A stretch of DNA of 64,000 nucleotides. Source: Cetorhinus maximus. Its lineage: Eukaryota. Made by a program: the position numbers and the translations under genes. The stretch is from the NCBI RefSeq assembly GCF_964194155.1, contig NC_135881.1, forward strand, positions 168,702,001 to 168,766,000. The letters are read 5' to 3'. The notes beneath the pieces are model-generated. The model did not search any database. It saw nothing but the letters and a program-made list of their open reading frames with translations, and had not been told where the DNA came from. This document shows positions 1 to 11,599 of the stretch, in pieces; positions within the stretch are counted from its first letter, which is position 1, and each line of letters starts with the position of its first letter.

Positions 1-489
1 ATGGCTATCCAGTGATATACCTACAATCAAAGATCCTCCAGAACACTCTTAATTTGCAGCTTCCAATGGTTTGTCAGAGTCATCCAGGTCTAGATCCATC
101 AATTCTGATCTAACAAGGTTAGCTGAATACACGGACTTCAGCCACCACACAGCAAGTCCTAGTTAACAATCTGAGACACACTTCAAACGGTTCTAACCTA
201 GATCTATAGGCCTTTTCAACCACAAAACCATAATTGGCAACCATTCGATTGCCTTCCTGAACAGCAATTACATGAATCCATTTCCAAGAAATAAAAGTCA
301 CATTTTAAATTCCAGGTGACAGAGGCCCAACTTTTCAGAAGGATCTTTATTTTCTATTAGAGACTTCACGTTTTGGAGATCTCCTGCCTTAGCACTCCAT
401 TTTTGCAGATAGAGGCTATGCATTGAACTGAAGCAACATCTGAGCAAGCATAACAAAATGTTTTTAACGATTAACATTGACACAGACAC

Positions 490-640
490 GAGGCAGAGTT
501 CTGCTGTTTTTCAAGATCATGCTCCAAGATCCTTTGCATATGTCTGAGGGGGCAGACGGGGCATAGGTTTAATGTTTCTTCCTAAAAGATAGCACCTTCA
601 AAGAAGCAGCACTCCCTCACTACTGCACATATATATCAAT
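490..640 (-). mobile_element. Deu-domain tRNA-SINE fragment (SacSINE1/AmnSINE-like), degenerate
   Basis: gagggggcagacggggcataggtttaatg...gcagcactccctcactactgca resembles the SINE copy at 53365-53770; boundaries approximate. Confidence 0.45.
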
Positions 641-1109
641 TGAAGTCCATGGGATTTCTGATAAGATAGACTAATATTCCTGATGATCTGAAGTACAAAC
701 TGGAATTTACTATAATAGATTTGGATAAAACAAAACAGTGGGATTTGGCTGGAAGACTTATTTCTATACTTGGGATGAAACAAACAAAGCCAACTGGTAA
801 CGAAACTATAATACTGGAATTAAACACTCAGCAAACACAGTTCGAAAGATATTTGATTATACGAACAACACAAGTTCACAGTACATCAACAACATTACAA
901 CAAAGCAGGAAAAATGTACCTCAGAATCCAGAGGTGAATTTGAATAGAAACTAAAATGATGGAAAACATGGGCAAAATGTTTAAAATAAGAGTGTCCAGA
1001 AGGTGTCTAAATACCACACTGTGATGGTCAGGTTCACTCACAATACAATGGAAATCAGTGTGTGTTAATACAAGAATTACACACTCAATAACACTATGAT
1101 TACACATAC

Positions 1110-1181
1110 AGCTATTTTCTCCATTATTGCAGCTTTTCCCTGGAAAGGTTGTCCTTCCCATGTTAAGCAGGAACAGTCACT
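1110..1181 (-). CDS. NUTF2: NTF2/NUTF2-like, coding exon 2 ([24 protein letters not shown])
   Basis: 72-nt phase-0 exon, tttccag acceptor and gtatgt donor; matches the NTF2 motif [16 protein letters not shown]. Later exons lie beyond the left edge. Confidence 0.92.
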
Positions 1182-1319
1182 CTGGAAACAAAAAGAGAGT
1201 TTCAAAATTAATGACATGTTATGAAGAGCCGATATTTAAAACCTGCTGACAAATCTTCACGCAGCTCAAATTTTTGTAGTGGTACTGGGGTTCTTTTTCC
1301 TCCCTTCAGAGTTAATTTT

Positions 1320-2640
1320 ATAATATGGAAACCAGAGCTGTGCACAGTACAAGTGGCCTAACAAAGGTTCTATACAAGTTTAACACAACTACTCTTTTTT
1401 TTAAATTCCATCCTTCTACAGGTAAACCCCAGTGCTTGCTTTGCTGTTTTAAAAAAAACCTGCATCGCTACATTGTAACTTGTATGTCTGCATCCCGAGA
1501 TTCTTTCACTCCTCTACCCCATTCAAAATGATCATCCAAACAGTATGTGGCCTCCTCCCTCCTCTCAGAAGGCACCACCTCACTTATCTACATTGATAAT
1601 TAATTTGCCAGTTATACACCCATTCTGCAAGTTTATTGATGACCTGTATTTTGTCTCATTCTTCCTTTTTATTAACTATGGCTCCCAATTTGGTATTGTC
1701 CACAAATTTTGGAACTGTACTTCTGATTCCAGTACTAATCGTTAATGTAAATTGTTAACAACCATACCTGTGAAACACCACTTCCCATCTTTTGCCAGTC
1801 TGAGTAACTATATTTAATCCCTACTTTGTTTTGTAGCCAGCTGGTTATCCATTATACTGGCTGCCCTCTTGTCTCCATTGTGGAACCTTTGCAAAGGCTT
1901 TTTGAAAACCCAAATGTGTTATGTTTACTCTATTACTTTGTCAAAGAAATCAATAAGGTTGGTTAAACACTACCTTCTCCTTTGAAATCTGTGCCAATTA
2001 CCCTATTATATTTTCAGTTTCTAAATGTTTTTTCTATTACATCATTATTCAAAGATTCCATTATCTTTCCTACCACTGTTAGAATAAGTCCAGGGAACTA
2101 TAGATCAGTTAACCTACCTCCCTTTTTAAGTACAGGAATCACATTAGCTGTCTGCCAATCATCTGGCATTATTCCCCTTCTAATAAATGGCTATAACTAT
2201 GAAATAGCGCATCTACTACCTCTTCCCTAACTTTATTTACTATGCACAGATGCAATCCATCCAGACCAAGGGTTTGATCATTTAAGTTTGATTAGTTTAT
2301 CAATTATCTCCCCCTCTCTACTTTAAAAGATTTTTTAATCTTTTTTTAAAATCTGTTCTTCTAATGTCATGCTCACCTTGTTAGTTTCCTGGGAAATACT
2401 AAGTAACTAATCAATATTTCCGCCGTTTCATTGTCATTAGCGGAGAGGTTATTTTGTGTATTCCTCAGTGACCTTATTCCCACCCTGTTTTTTTTTTATG
2501 TGTCTGTAAAATATTTTACTCTTTTTATATTCCTCAGTAATTTAATTTCATAGTTCCCATTTGGTTTCCCAATTTAAATCTTTTTTCCTAATCTTTGTAT
2601 TTCCTTTAGTCATCATCTCCTTTATTGTTTGTGTACTTAG
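1320..2640 (-). mobile_element. Decayed CR1 LINE ORF2 fragments
   Basis: Reverse-strand similarity to the CR1 RT at 61.9-64 kb; a short plus-strand PGNYRSV motif at about 2090; many stops. Confidence 0.55.
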
Positions 2641-3494
2641 TGTATTGAAGTGACACAGGCGGATCATTTAAAATGACAAGCAGGAGGAACTCAATGGAGC
2701 ATTCGAAATTAAGACAGTGAAGGATTACTTCCTTCTAAGTTAGGGGACAGGAACTCAATCAGTTTTGGAGGCAGGGGCTTGTATCTACTGCACATTCCAC
2801 TCCTCCCGAGTCCAGCATTGCCTCTCCTATTAATTCCACTATTCCCCCTCAATCTCTCTCTATAGCGCTCCTCATCTATCCCATGCACTCTCATCACCTG
2901 TCCTCAGGGTATACGGAGTTTTTTTTATACTTTTTATTGAGACATGGAATGCTTTGCCTTAAGTGACAATTGAAACAAAGTCAATCACATTTAAAAGGGA
3001 AAGTTATATGCACTAAGTAAAATAAAAGGGTACAAGGAAAAGGGATTAGTGCTTCAACAGTGGAGAGAGCATTGACGAAGTGAGCCAAATGGTTCCCTCC
3101 TGTACCAAAAGTTCTATGTTTCTGGGTCTCTCAAAATTCACCTAATTGTTGGGAGTTCAGCTAGCCTTTAGAATTTATACAGCAGTGGCATGGAGCTAGT
3201 GAAATCTTTCTGTAATATAATACATCTCAAGCCTGGTTCAGCATGTCCCAGTCTCCTTTTTTCATTACATGGTTTCCTTGTCAGGAATATTTTATCATGT
3301 CATGCTGTTGATAAATGCTACCTCTACTCACCAGATAGCAAATTTCAAAAGGTACTGTGATACTGGAAGCCCACTAAAGCAGAATCTACAATGCCCTTTA
3401 TCTTAAAACACAGAAATACAACTACTCATAAAATACAGCTACAACACAAATACAAATATAAAACTTAACACAATGCAAAAGGGCACAAACTTAC

Positions 3495-3593
3495 ATAAAG
3501 AGTCCCAAGCTGTGTTCGGTCTACATCAAACTGTTGGTAATAGTGCTGCACAAAGCCTCTACCAATCTGCTCCCACAATGGGTGTTCAGCCAT
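3495..3593 (-). CDS. NUTF2: NTF2/NUTF2-like, coding exon 1 ([33 protein letters not shown])
   Basis: 99-nt coding part, ATG at 3593, gtaagt donor; upstream acceptor at 3623-3624 gives 29 nt of 5'UTR; typical NTF2 N-terminus. May be a nutf2-like paralog. Confidence 0.92.
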
Positions 3594-3733
3594 TCCGATG
3601 CGTAATAATGAACGATTCAGTCCTGACAAAGAGATATTGGTGAGATCATCATTTTCAACATAACCCAACTTCACCAGAATGCTCCAGTTAAGCTGTCGGC
3701 AATACAACATTATCTATTAAAGATTGCTTGCAG

Positions 3734-5500
3734 CAAGGGTTTTACACATTTAAATCAGGGCCCAGGGGCCGGATGCGGCCCATTGCACTTTTTCCAACCG
3801 GCCTGCGATGAGATTTCAAAACTTATATCAGAGAACAATTCCTAAATAGTCATAGAATAAAGATGACACAAATGATTAGGGACTAACAAAAGATTTTTTT
3901 TAAATTAACTGGAATATTTTAAAATCTGTAATATTTCAGTCCATGTCGACACCATGGGAAATGTGTAAACAAGCCCTGTGCCCAGACTTCAAGAAGCTAC
4001 TGTAAAGGACAGGGACAGGAACAGAACCATAAAGAAAGGGATTAATGACTGGAGCCACGTTCAAAGCCACTATTTTTGTGTATCATACATTTCCCTTAAC
4101 AGATTTTTCCTGCCCCATTTTCTAATATTTCAAATGCCGTTTTCTAACACTTAGAGCAGTGTCTGGGTTGAGGAATCAGCGGCTGATAGACAGACCATAA
4201 ATCAGCTGGGTGCGTCAGTGTGTTGATGGATGGCCGGGTAAAGCTTTGAATAGTCTCAGGATTGTTGGAATCTTAACAGAAACATGGTGTTAAAGTCTCC
4301 ACTTGCACCAGGATGTGCTTCAGTTCGTTACATCCCCCTGTGTTATCCCAGTGTTATTGAAAATGCCTACATCAAGCTTCTGAATATCTCTGCGCACCAA
4401 TAGTTAACTCAGAGCAACACACACATGAGAAGCAAATTTCTCTCAGGAGTTCAAGGAAGTAACTATTGCAGTTAATTCAGTTAATTTAAAAGCAAACCTG
4501 CTCACATCAGAATCAAAGACTCTTATAAGGTGACCATCATGGATGGTTAGAAGTTTCCTCACAGCAATTAAGTATTGTTTGGGATGGTTGAATACTGGCT
4601 TCTCTGCTCATCCTGGCCAAAATCTGTCCCAGGGTAGAATAAGATTGTACTTTCACTCCCTCCCTCTCGCTCTGTGTTAACATGGCCTCTGTTAAGTGAT
4701 TAATATTTTATTCTTATTTAATATGATAAAGAGAACACTTCTGTCCTGTTCTGCCATTAACATTCAGTGTTTCTGGTTCTAAATTGAAAATCCAAGAGTC
4801 AGTGGCACCTTATAAATCCCTGAGCCGTTTACCCGATCGAGAGAGTTTTATTTTCAAACCAGTTCAAGGCTACACATTGCCTGATGGGGGCATCCTGTGA
4901 TATTCCTGCTGTTAAACAGTGTGCTCTTTTTATTAACCATTTCAGTTGGCGTTCAATACAGATCCAGTTCTGCTCTTTCAAAGCAACCTTATCCAGTTCT
5001 CTTTGCTGCCACTCTCCTGTAACACCGTGGTGACTGGCCTCAGGACCACACTCTCCCTGGAGGATGCGAAAAAGAGGACGCCAGGGCATATCGGAGGACC
5101 ACCCCATATCGAAATCTAGTCGCAGAAGCTAACTGAGTTTAGCAAGGGAAGCAGGTTCAGACTGTGCCACCTTTTTATTATTCATTCACGAGATGCAGGC
5201 ATCACTGGCCAAGGCCAGCATTTATTGCCCATCTCCAATTGTCCGAGAGAAAGTGGTGGCGAGTCAAACTCCACCATTTAAGGTCATCCCCAGCGGCAGT
5301 CACAGCCCAGTGTTCATGCTTCTATATTAACAAGATTCATTAAGGAAAAGCAAACTCAGCCATCGCATTAAAGCAGTGAGTGAATTGAACATTTCTGGAT
5401 TCTCTCTCTCAAAAAAAGTTGGTTTTTTTGTGCGTGTGGCCTGCAACTGATTTTGTCTATATGTGAGCGGCCCTTGATAAGAAAAAAGGTGAAATAGTAC
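3734..5500 (+). mobile_element. Probable degenerate hAT (Charlie-like) DNA transposon
   Basis: Subterminal ggcccaggggccggatgcggccc (about 3758) and gcggccc...aaaaaaggt (about 5467) motifs typical of hAT ends; interior heavily decayed; no TSD seen. Confidence 0.35.
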
Positions 5501-6115
5501 CCATTTAATCAGACCTCATGAACTATCCACAATGCATAAAATTGCACCCTCAGATATCACCAATTATGCTCCGAACGCAGCCATCAGCAATTGTGAATGA
5601 CATGAGACAGCACTCCATCCAAACTCCACATTGACAATTTCCAGTAACACTTAGACATCCATTCTACAGCATAAATCCACTAAAGTCACCAACCCTTCTA
5701 GATCGCCCAGGAATCTCCATGATTGGAAGATTGATCTCTTGGGCTGCTGCTGGCAACAGCAAAGTACTTTGTACACTCATGGTTTAGAACAGTGCACTCA
5801 TGTACTTTTACTCGCAAGAAACCTTTCCTGGTCAGTTTAATAAGTTGGCCCTGTCCTGGCACCGTAATTATTGCAGGGACGAATGAAGCGGGACAGCCCA
5901 GGAGGAAATTACAAGTTGTAATCTAACAAGAATTTTAACTCTGACTGACCGAATGCAGCCTTCAACTGGCAAGTGAAATTATTCTGTATGTAATTCAAGG
6001 CGAAAGGAGCTGTCTAATGAATCTAACTATTGTTGCACACATCAAAAACAACCTACTCCAAATCAGTCACCATGTTTAGTGATTAGTAAATGTACCAATG
6101 AAGTATGTGCAAGGA

Positions 6116-8176
6116 AAAACAAAAATACCTGGAAAAACTCAGCAGGTCTGGCAGCATCTGTGGAGAGGAATACAGTTAACGTTTCGAGTCCGCATGACTC
6201 TTCAACAGAACTAAGGAAAAGTAGAAAAGGAGTGAAATATAAGCTGGTTTAAGGGGGGAGTGGGACAAGAAGAGCTGGATAGAGGGCCAGTGAAAGGTGG
6301 AGATAACCAAAAGATGTCACAGACAAAAGGACAAAGAGGTGTTGAAGGTGGTGATATTATCTAAAGGAATGTGCTAATTAAGGGTAGAAAGCAGGACGAG
6401 CAAGGTACAGAATAATATTTCGGCACAGACTAGAAGGGCTGAATGGCCTGTTTTCTGTACTGTAGTATTCTATGGTTCTATAATCCTAGTGGGGGTGGGG
6501 TGGGGTGAAGGAATCAAAAAAGGCTGAAAGGTAGAGATAAAACAATGGATGGAAATACATTTAAAAATAATGGAAATAGGTGGGAAAAGAAAATCTATAT
6601 AAATTATTGGAAAAAACAAAAAGGAGGGGGAAAATCGGAAAGGGGGTGGGGATGGAGAAGAGAGTTTATGATCTAAAATTGTTGAACTCAATATTCAGTC
6701 CGGAAGGCTGTAAAGTGCCTAGTCGGAAGATGAGGTGCTGTTCCTCTAGTTTGCGTTGAGCTTCACTGGAACAATGCAGCAGGCCAAGGACAGACACGTG
6801 GGCATGAGAGCAGGGTGGAGTGTTGAAATGGCAAGCGACAGGGAGGTCTGGGTAATGCTTGTGGACAGACCGAAGGTGTTTTGCAAAGTGGTCACCCAGT
6901 CTGCGTTTGGTCTCTCCAACGTAGAAGAAACCCCATTGGGAGCCCCTTTACTTCCCCTCTCCTCACCGTCCAAGGGCCCAAACACTCATTTCAAGTGAAG
7001 CAGCATTTCACTTGCACTTCCCTCAACTTAGTCTACTGCATTCGTTGCTCCCAATGCGGTTTCCTCTACGTTGGAGAGACCAAACGCAGACTGGGTGACC
7101 ACTTTGCAAAACTGCTTGTGGACAGACCGAAGGTGTTTTGCAAAGTGGTCACCCGGTCTGCGTTTGGTCTCTCCAACGTAGAAGAAACCCCATTGGGAGC
7201 CCCTTTACTTCCCCTCTCCTCACCGTCCAAGGGCCCAAACACTCATTCAAGTGAAGCAGCATTTCACTTGCACTTCCCTCAACTTAGTCTACTGCATTCG
7301 TTGCTCTCAATGCGGTTTCCTCTACATTGGAGAGACCAAACGCAGACTGGGTGACCACTTTGCAAAACACCATCGGTCTGTCCACAAGCATTACCCAGAC
7401 CTCCTTGTCGCTTGCCATTTCAACACTCCACCCTGCTCTCATGCCCACGTGTCCGTCCTTGGCCTGCTGCATTGTTCCAGTGAAGCTCAACGCAAACTAG
7501 AGGAACAGCACCTCATCGTCCGACTAGGCACTTTACAGCCTTCCGGACTGAATATGGAGTTCAACAATTTTAGATCATAAACTCTCTTCTCCATCCCCAC
7601 CCCCTTTCCGATTTTCCCCCTCCTTTTTGTTTTTTCCAATAATTTATATAGATTTTCTTTTCCCACCTATTTCCATTATTTTTAAATGTATTTCCATCCA
7701 TTGTTTTATCTCTACCTTTCAGCCTTTTTCGATTCCTTCACCCCACCCCACCCCCACTAGGGTTATAGAACCATAGAATACTACAGCACAGAAAACAGGC
7801 CATTCGGCCCTTCTAGTCTGTGCCGAAATATTATTCTGTACCTTGCTCGTCCTGCTTTCTACCCTTAATTAGCACATTCCTTTAGATAATACCACCACCA
7901 ACACCTCTTTGTCCTTTTGTCTGTGACATCTTTTGGTTATCTCCACCTATCACTGGCCTTCTATCCAGCTCTTCTTGTCCCACACCCCCCCCCCCACCTT
8001 AAACCAGCTTATATTTCACCCCTTTTCTACTTTTCCTTAGTTCTGTTGAAGAGTCATGCAGACTCGAAACGTTAACTGTGCTCCTCTCCACAGATGCTGC
8101 CAGACCTGCTGAGTTTTTCCAGGTATTTTTGTTTTTGTTTTGGATTTCCAGCATCCGCAGTTTTTTGCCTTTATCT
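6116..8176 (+). mobile_element. Penelope-like element 3' part (GIY-YIG endonuclease plus pseudo-LTR) with inverted pseudo-LTR, forming a 2-kb palindrome
   Basis: ORF 7251-7580 FTCTSLNLVYCIRCSQCGFLYIGETKRRLGDHF...LGTLQPSGLN is a PLE GIY-YIG domain; arms about 6115-6942 and 7303-8136; TSD aagtat(g/t)t(g/t)caagga at 6101-6115 and 8177-8191. Confidence 0.9.
8039..8077 (+). ncRNA. Minimal type I hammerhead-like motif (variant core CUGUUGA); mirror copy on minus strand at 6174-6212
   Basis: AGTT-CTGTTGA-A-GAGTC(atgca)GACTC-GAAA-CGTT-AACT: stem I AGTT/AACT, stem II GAGTC/GACTC, palindromic ACGT stem III. Confidence 0.6.
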
Positions 8177-8235
8177 AAGTATTTTCAAGGATTCAGTGTC
8201 CCATTAGGAATAATTTTAAAATGGCCACCTAGTTC

Positions 8236-8330
8236 AGTTGTAGTGGTATTATCGCTGGACCATTAACCCAGGATCACTTGAGTTCAAATCCCACCACAAC
8301 AGGTGTTGAAATTTGAATTCAATAATAAAA
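8236..8330 (+). mobile_element. HE1-type tRNA-derived SINE head
   Basis: A-box-like gtagtggta and B-box gagttcaaatcc, followed by gaaatttgaattcaataa. Confidence 0.55.
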
Positions 8331-8536
8331 ATACTTAGTTCAGCATGTTTTCTGTTCTGCTCATAACATTTTCAAAAGAAGCTGGTTGTTGTATAGACAA
8401 AAGGTGCCTCCATGTAGTTACCCTAACCAAAGAAAGCATTATAACTAGTGCAGCTCCTCAACGCATAAATTAATTTGCTGAATTTAGGATAAGTGTGCAC
8501 ATTAGCCTCTGCAATTCCCAACATTACAATAGTAAC

Positions 8537-8740
8537 AAAAACAGAATTAGCTGGAAAAACTCAGCAGGTCTGGCAGCATCAGCGGAGATGAAAAGAGTTG
8601 ACATTTCGAGTCCTCATGACCCTTCATGAGGACTCGAAATATCAACTCTTTTCTTCTCCGCTGATGCTGCCAGACCTGCTGAGTTTTTCCAGGTAATCAT
8701 TTTTGTTTTGGATTTCCAGCATCCACAGTTTTTTGTTTTT
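8537..8740. mobile_element. Penelope-terminus fold-back (hairpin) insertion inside a SINE tail
   Basis: Inverted arms around loop ccct 8620-8623; exact 14-bp TSD attacaatagtaac at 8523-8536 and 8741-8754. Confidence 0.85.
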
Positions 8741-9003
8741 ATTACAATAGTAACTGTGCTTAAAGTACCTAATTAACTGTAAAGTCCTTTGTGTGCGCTG
8801 TGTTGTGAAAGGTGCTTTGCAAATACAAGGTCTTTCTTTCTCTAATCAATGTAAAGCTGATGTAGATGCATTATTGGCCACAGATCTTGTCTTTTGCCAC
8901 TTCAATCCTGGCGCACAGGACAAATGTCTTCATAATACATTTTCAAAACATTTCTGTCCAAATTCTGCATTGAGTACACAATAACTTTTAACTATGACCT
9001 ATT

Positions 9004-9704
9004 GGGCTGTAACTTCTGATGGAGTGGCAACTGGGTCAGATTGCCGCTCCGCTCGAAAGTTTTAAGTCTAGCCGATTCTATCTTGCCGAACCTTCCGACC
9101 ACGTCCCTAGCATCGAGGGCTGTAGGGTTGATATTGGGCAAGCTGTGACCCTTTTTTTTTCACAGTTATCATAAACCAGGTAAGTAAAAAGTTCCAGCCA
9201 ACTTTAAAGATCTTTGACAAGGCAGGTAAGCGGGTAGGATTTCAGAGAGACGCGGGGTGGGATGGACCAGCTCGGGTCAGGACTCAGGGGGTGGCTGGGG
9301 TCGGGGTGGAGGGACCTCGGAGTGGGGCTGGCGTCGGGTCAGGCCTAGGGAGGGGTGGGGGGTGAGGCTGGTGTCGGGTTAGGCCTGGGGGGGTGGGACT
9401 AGGGTCGGGTTAGGCCTTGAAAGGAGGGGGAACTGGGATCGGGTCAGGTCTTATGGGTGGGGCTGGGCGGGGCCGGGCAGGGCCAGGCCTTGGGGGGGGG
9501 GGGGGGCTGGGGTCAGGACACGGTCAATTCATTGGGTGTCCCGGCTGAACAGTGCACAAGAAATTCTTAGCTAACAGTCAATTTTCTAGCATGTCTAAAT
9601 CATGCATACTTAAGTATTTTAGGCAGGTGTGCTATCTTTGGGATAAGATTTTTTTTAAAAATGTCCTCTGCCCTCTCAGGGCAGGTAAAAAAAATCCTGC
9701 AACC
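9004..9704. mobile_element. PIF/Harbinger-type MITE with G-rich minisatellite core
   Basis: Starts gggctgtaacttc, as does the family at 14541, 32602 and 59155; ATT at 9001-9003 and 9705-9707; right TIR poor. Confidence 0.55.
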
Positions 9705-9739
9705 ATTTCAAGAATGAACAGAGAATTTATCGTGTTCTG

Positions 9740-9945
9740 CCCAGGACCTATTCCTCAACAACTAATCACTAAAACAGATTATCTGGTCATTAACACATTG
9801 CTGATTGTGGGAGCTTGCTGCGCACAAATCAGATGTCCAGTTTCCTACAATAGTAACAGCCAGTGCACTTCAAAAAACACGTCATTGGCTTTGAAGCATT
9901 TTGGTGCTGAGGTTGTAAAAGGATCTATTCAAATGCAAACTATTT
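9740..9945 (+). mobile_element. Deu-domain SINE 3' part
   Basis: aaaacagattatctggtcattaacacattgctg...gtgggagcttgctg core shared with 52310-52700. Confidence 0.6.
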
Positions 9946-11049
9946 TTCACTTTGAGGACAGTCAATCAGCAAATTGCAGATAAACCTCCCAGATCCCACC
10001 ACAAAATGAAACAGAATCTCAGAAATATATTGCATATTTTAAAAAAGAACATTTATCTTGATTAAAGGAGATCAGAAAGACAGGTTTGCAATTTCACTCA
10101 AGGCTTAATTGGAAACCAGCAGAGAGGTCAGGAGGAAGAGACAAATTAGAGCATACAGAGATTGCACGACTAGCGAAAATAGTTTAAGTATTTTCAACAT
10201 TTATATCCTTACAAAACATACGTTTTAAAACGTAAATATTCCATTAGTTTGCTAGGAAAGAGGCACGAATTGCAAAGGACAAGTCATCCAACAAAAGCAA
10301 TTTGCATACCTCCTGCCAGTTAGTGAGCTATTGAACACTTCAGTAATGGGCAAGCACCCATCCTTAACCAGAGTGCAAACTATCAGCTTTCCCAGCGGTG
10401 TTTGTCCGGAAGCCACTGCATTCCCACCAGCTCAGCAATCTTGAAACCGTGATTCACTTCGCATTAAACATGCAAATATGTAGCATGGCCACTCTAGAGT
10501 GACACATGGTTCATGCTCTCTATATGGATAACCAAAAAAAAAAGTGGTTTTCATGCACGAAGCCTTTCAACTGAAAGAACGGATAAAGATCTGCCTGAAA
10601 GGTGAGGGAACGGAAAAACTTTAACAGAACTTTGTGGGCACAACACATGGTTGAAACAAACGTGGAAAGCATTTTTTAAAAGCCCCCTGAACGCATGCAC
10701 CAAGTTTGATTGAGCGGGTGTTTGAAAGCTTTTCAAATGACTGTTTCCAGTTAAAATTCGCGCCACGCAGAAAATACAAGGCACAAGGCAGCTATGCTGA
10801 AAAACTGCCAGCAGCCAAATTTGCATGTCTTGTTGCAATGCATCTTACACAAGGCCTCGAGGGTTGCTGATAATACGGGAGATGGGGGAAACATGCACCT
10901 AGCACAAGACAGAGGTTTTGTCAAACAGCCAGCGGGACACTCACTTTTACCAAGGAGCTGGGAACCAGACCTCGTGTCTTCTGTGGAACCTCAAACCAGC
11001 GCCGGCTCCAACCGCTCACGCTGCACCTTTCGTACTGCGCGCTGCAGAG

Positions 11050-11200
11050 CAGCCCAGGGGCCGGAGCCCCGCCCAGGGGCCGCCAGCTCCGCCCAGGAGC
11101 CGGAGCCCAGGGAAGGAGCTCCGCCCAGGGGCCGCCAGCTCCGCCCAGCAGCCGGAGCCCGGGGAAGGAACTCCGCCCAGGTACTGCCAGCTCCACCCAG
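11050..11200. repeat. GC-rich minisatellite (about 52-bp period) with five CCGCCC GC boxes, in a CpG-rich patch
   Basis: gccgccagctccgcccag repeats at 11079 and 11131; ctccgccc at 11087, 11119, 11139 and 11171, cccgccc at 11068. Confidence 0.75.
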
Positions 11201-11325
11201 CCGGGAGGTGGCTATCTGCGGTCCTTTTGTTCGACATGATGGTCAGTTGTGCTTGTAATTTTTAAAAATGTTTTAAACTCTTTGCAAATCCTTAAGTAAT
11301 TATTGCCGACGAAGGCTCTATTTTG

Positions 11326-11450
11326 ACTCACCTGTCCAAAGTCATCCAAATGTTGGATTCTGACTTTGGCTGGGCGTGTTTTTGTTGGCTTCATTACATG
11401 AACTCCAGCCTCCAACCATCTATCTCAGTTAAACCACCTTTACCCCGCCT
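11326..11450 (-). promoter_or_regulatory. Candidate non-coding first exon / promoter of the NUTF2-like gene
   Basis: Consensus donor CAG|GTGAGT (exon end 11332) beside a CpG-rich patch; coding exon 1 has an acceptor and so needs an upstream exon. Confidence 0.45.
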
Positions 11451-11599
11451 CTCCAGTTTTTGTATATTGAATAAAGAAAAGTGTTCAAAGCAAATGAAAA
11501 AATATTTTAATGCCCTTGTCATTTTTCTAACGGGTTGCTTGCAGTAGTGTTCAGGGGATTAATCTTTACTTCCTTAAAACTTCAGGGGAATCCTGAAGG

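Noticed and set aside
1-1100. Remaining NUTF2 exons
   Set aside because: No LPFxKIxH or DHQP coding sequence found; presumably beyond the window edge
4829-5107. 92-aa minus-strand ORF upstream of the NUTF2-like coding exons
   Set aside because: No recognisable motif or exon linkage; lies within a probable decayed transposon
5847-5905. Short GC-rich stem (ctgtcc...gggacag) as a possible ribozyme or ncRNA
   Set aside because: Only a 6-7 bp stem; no hammerhead or HDV core could be built
10794-11265. Overlapping ORFs of 73-154 aa on both strands
   Set aside because: By-product of the GC-rich minisatellite
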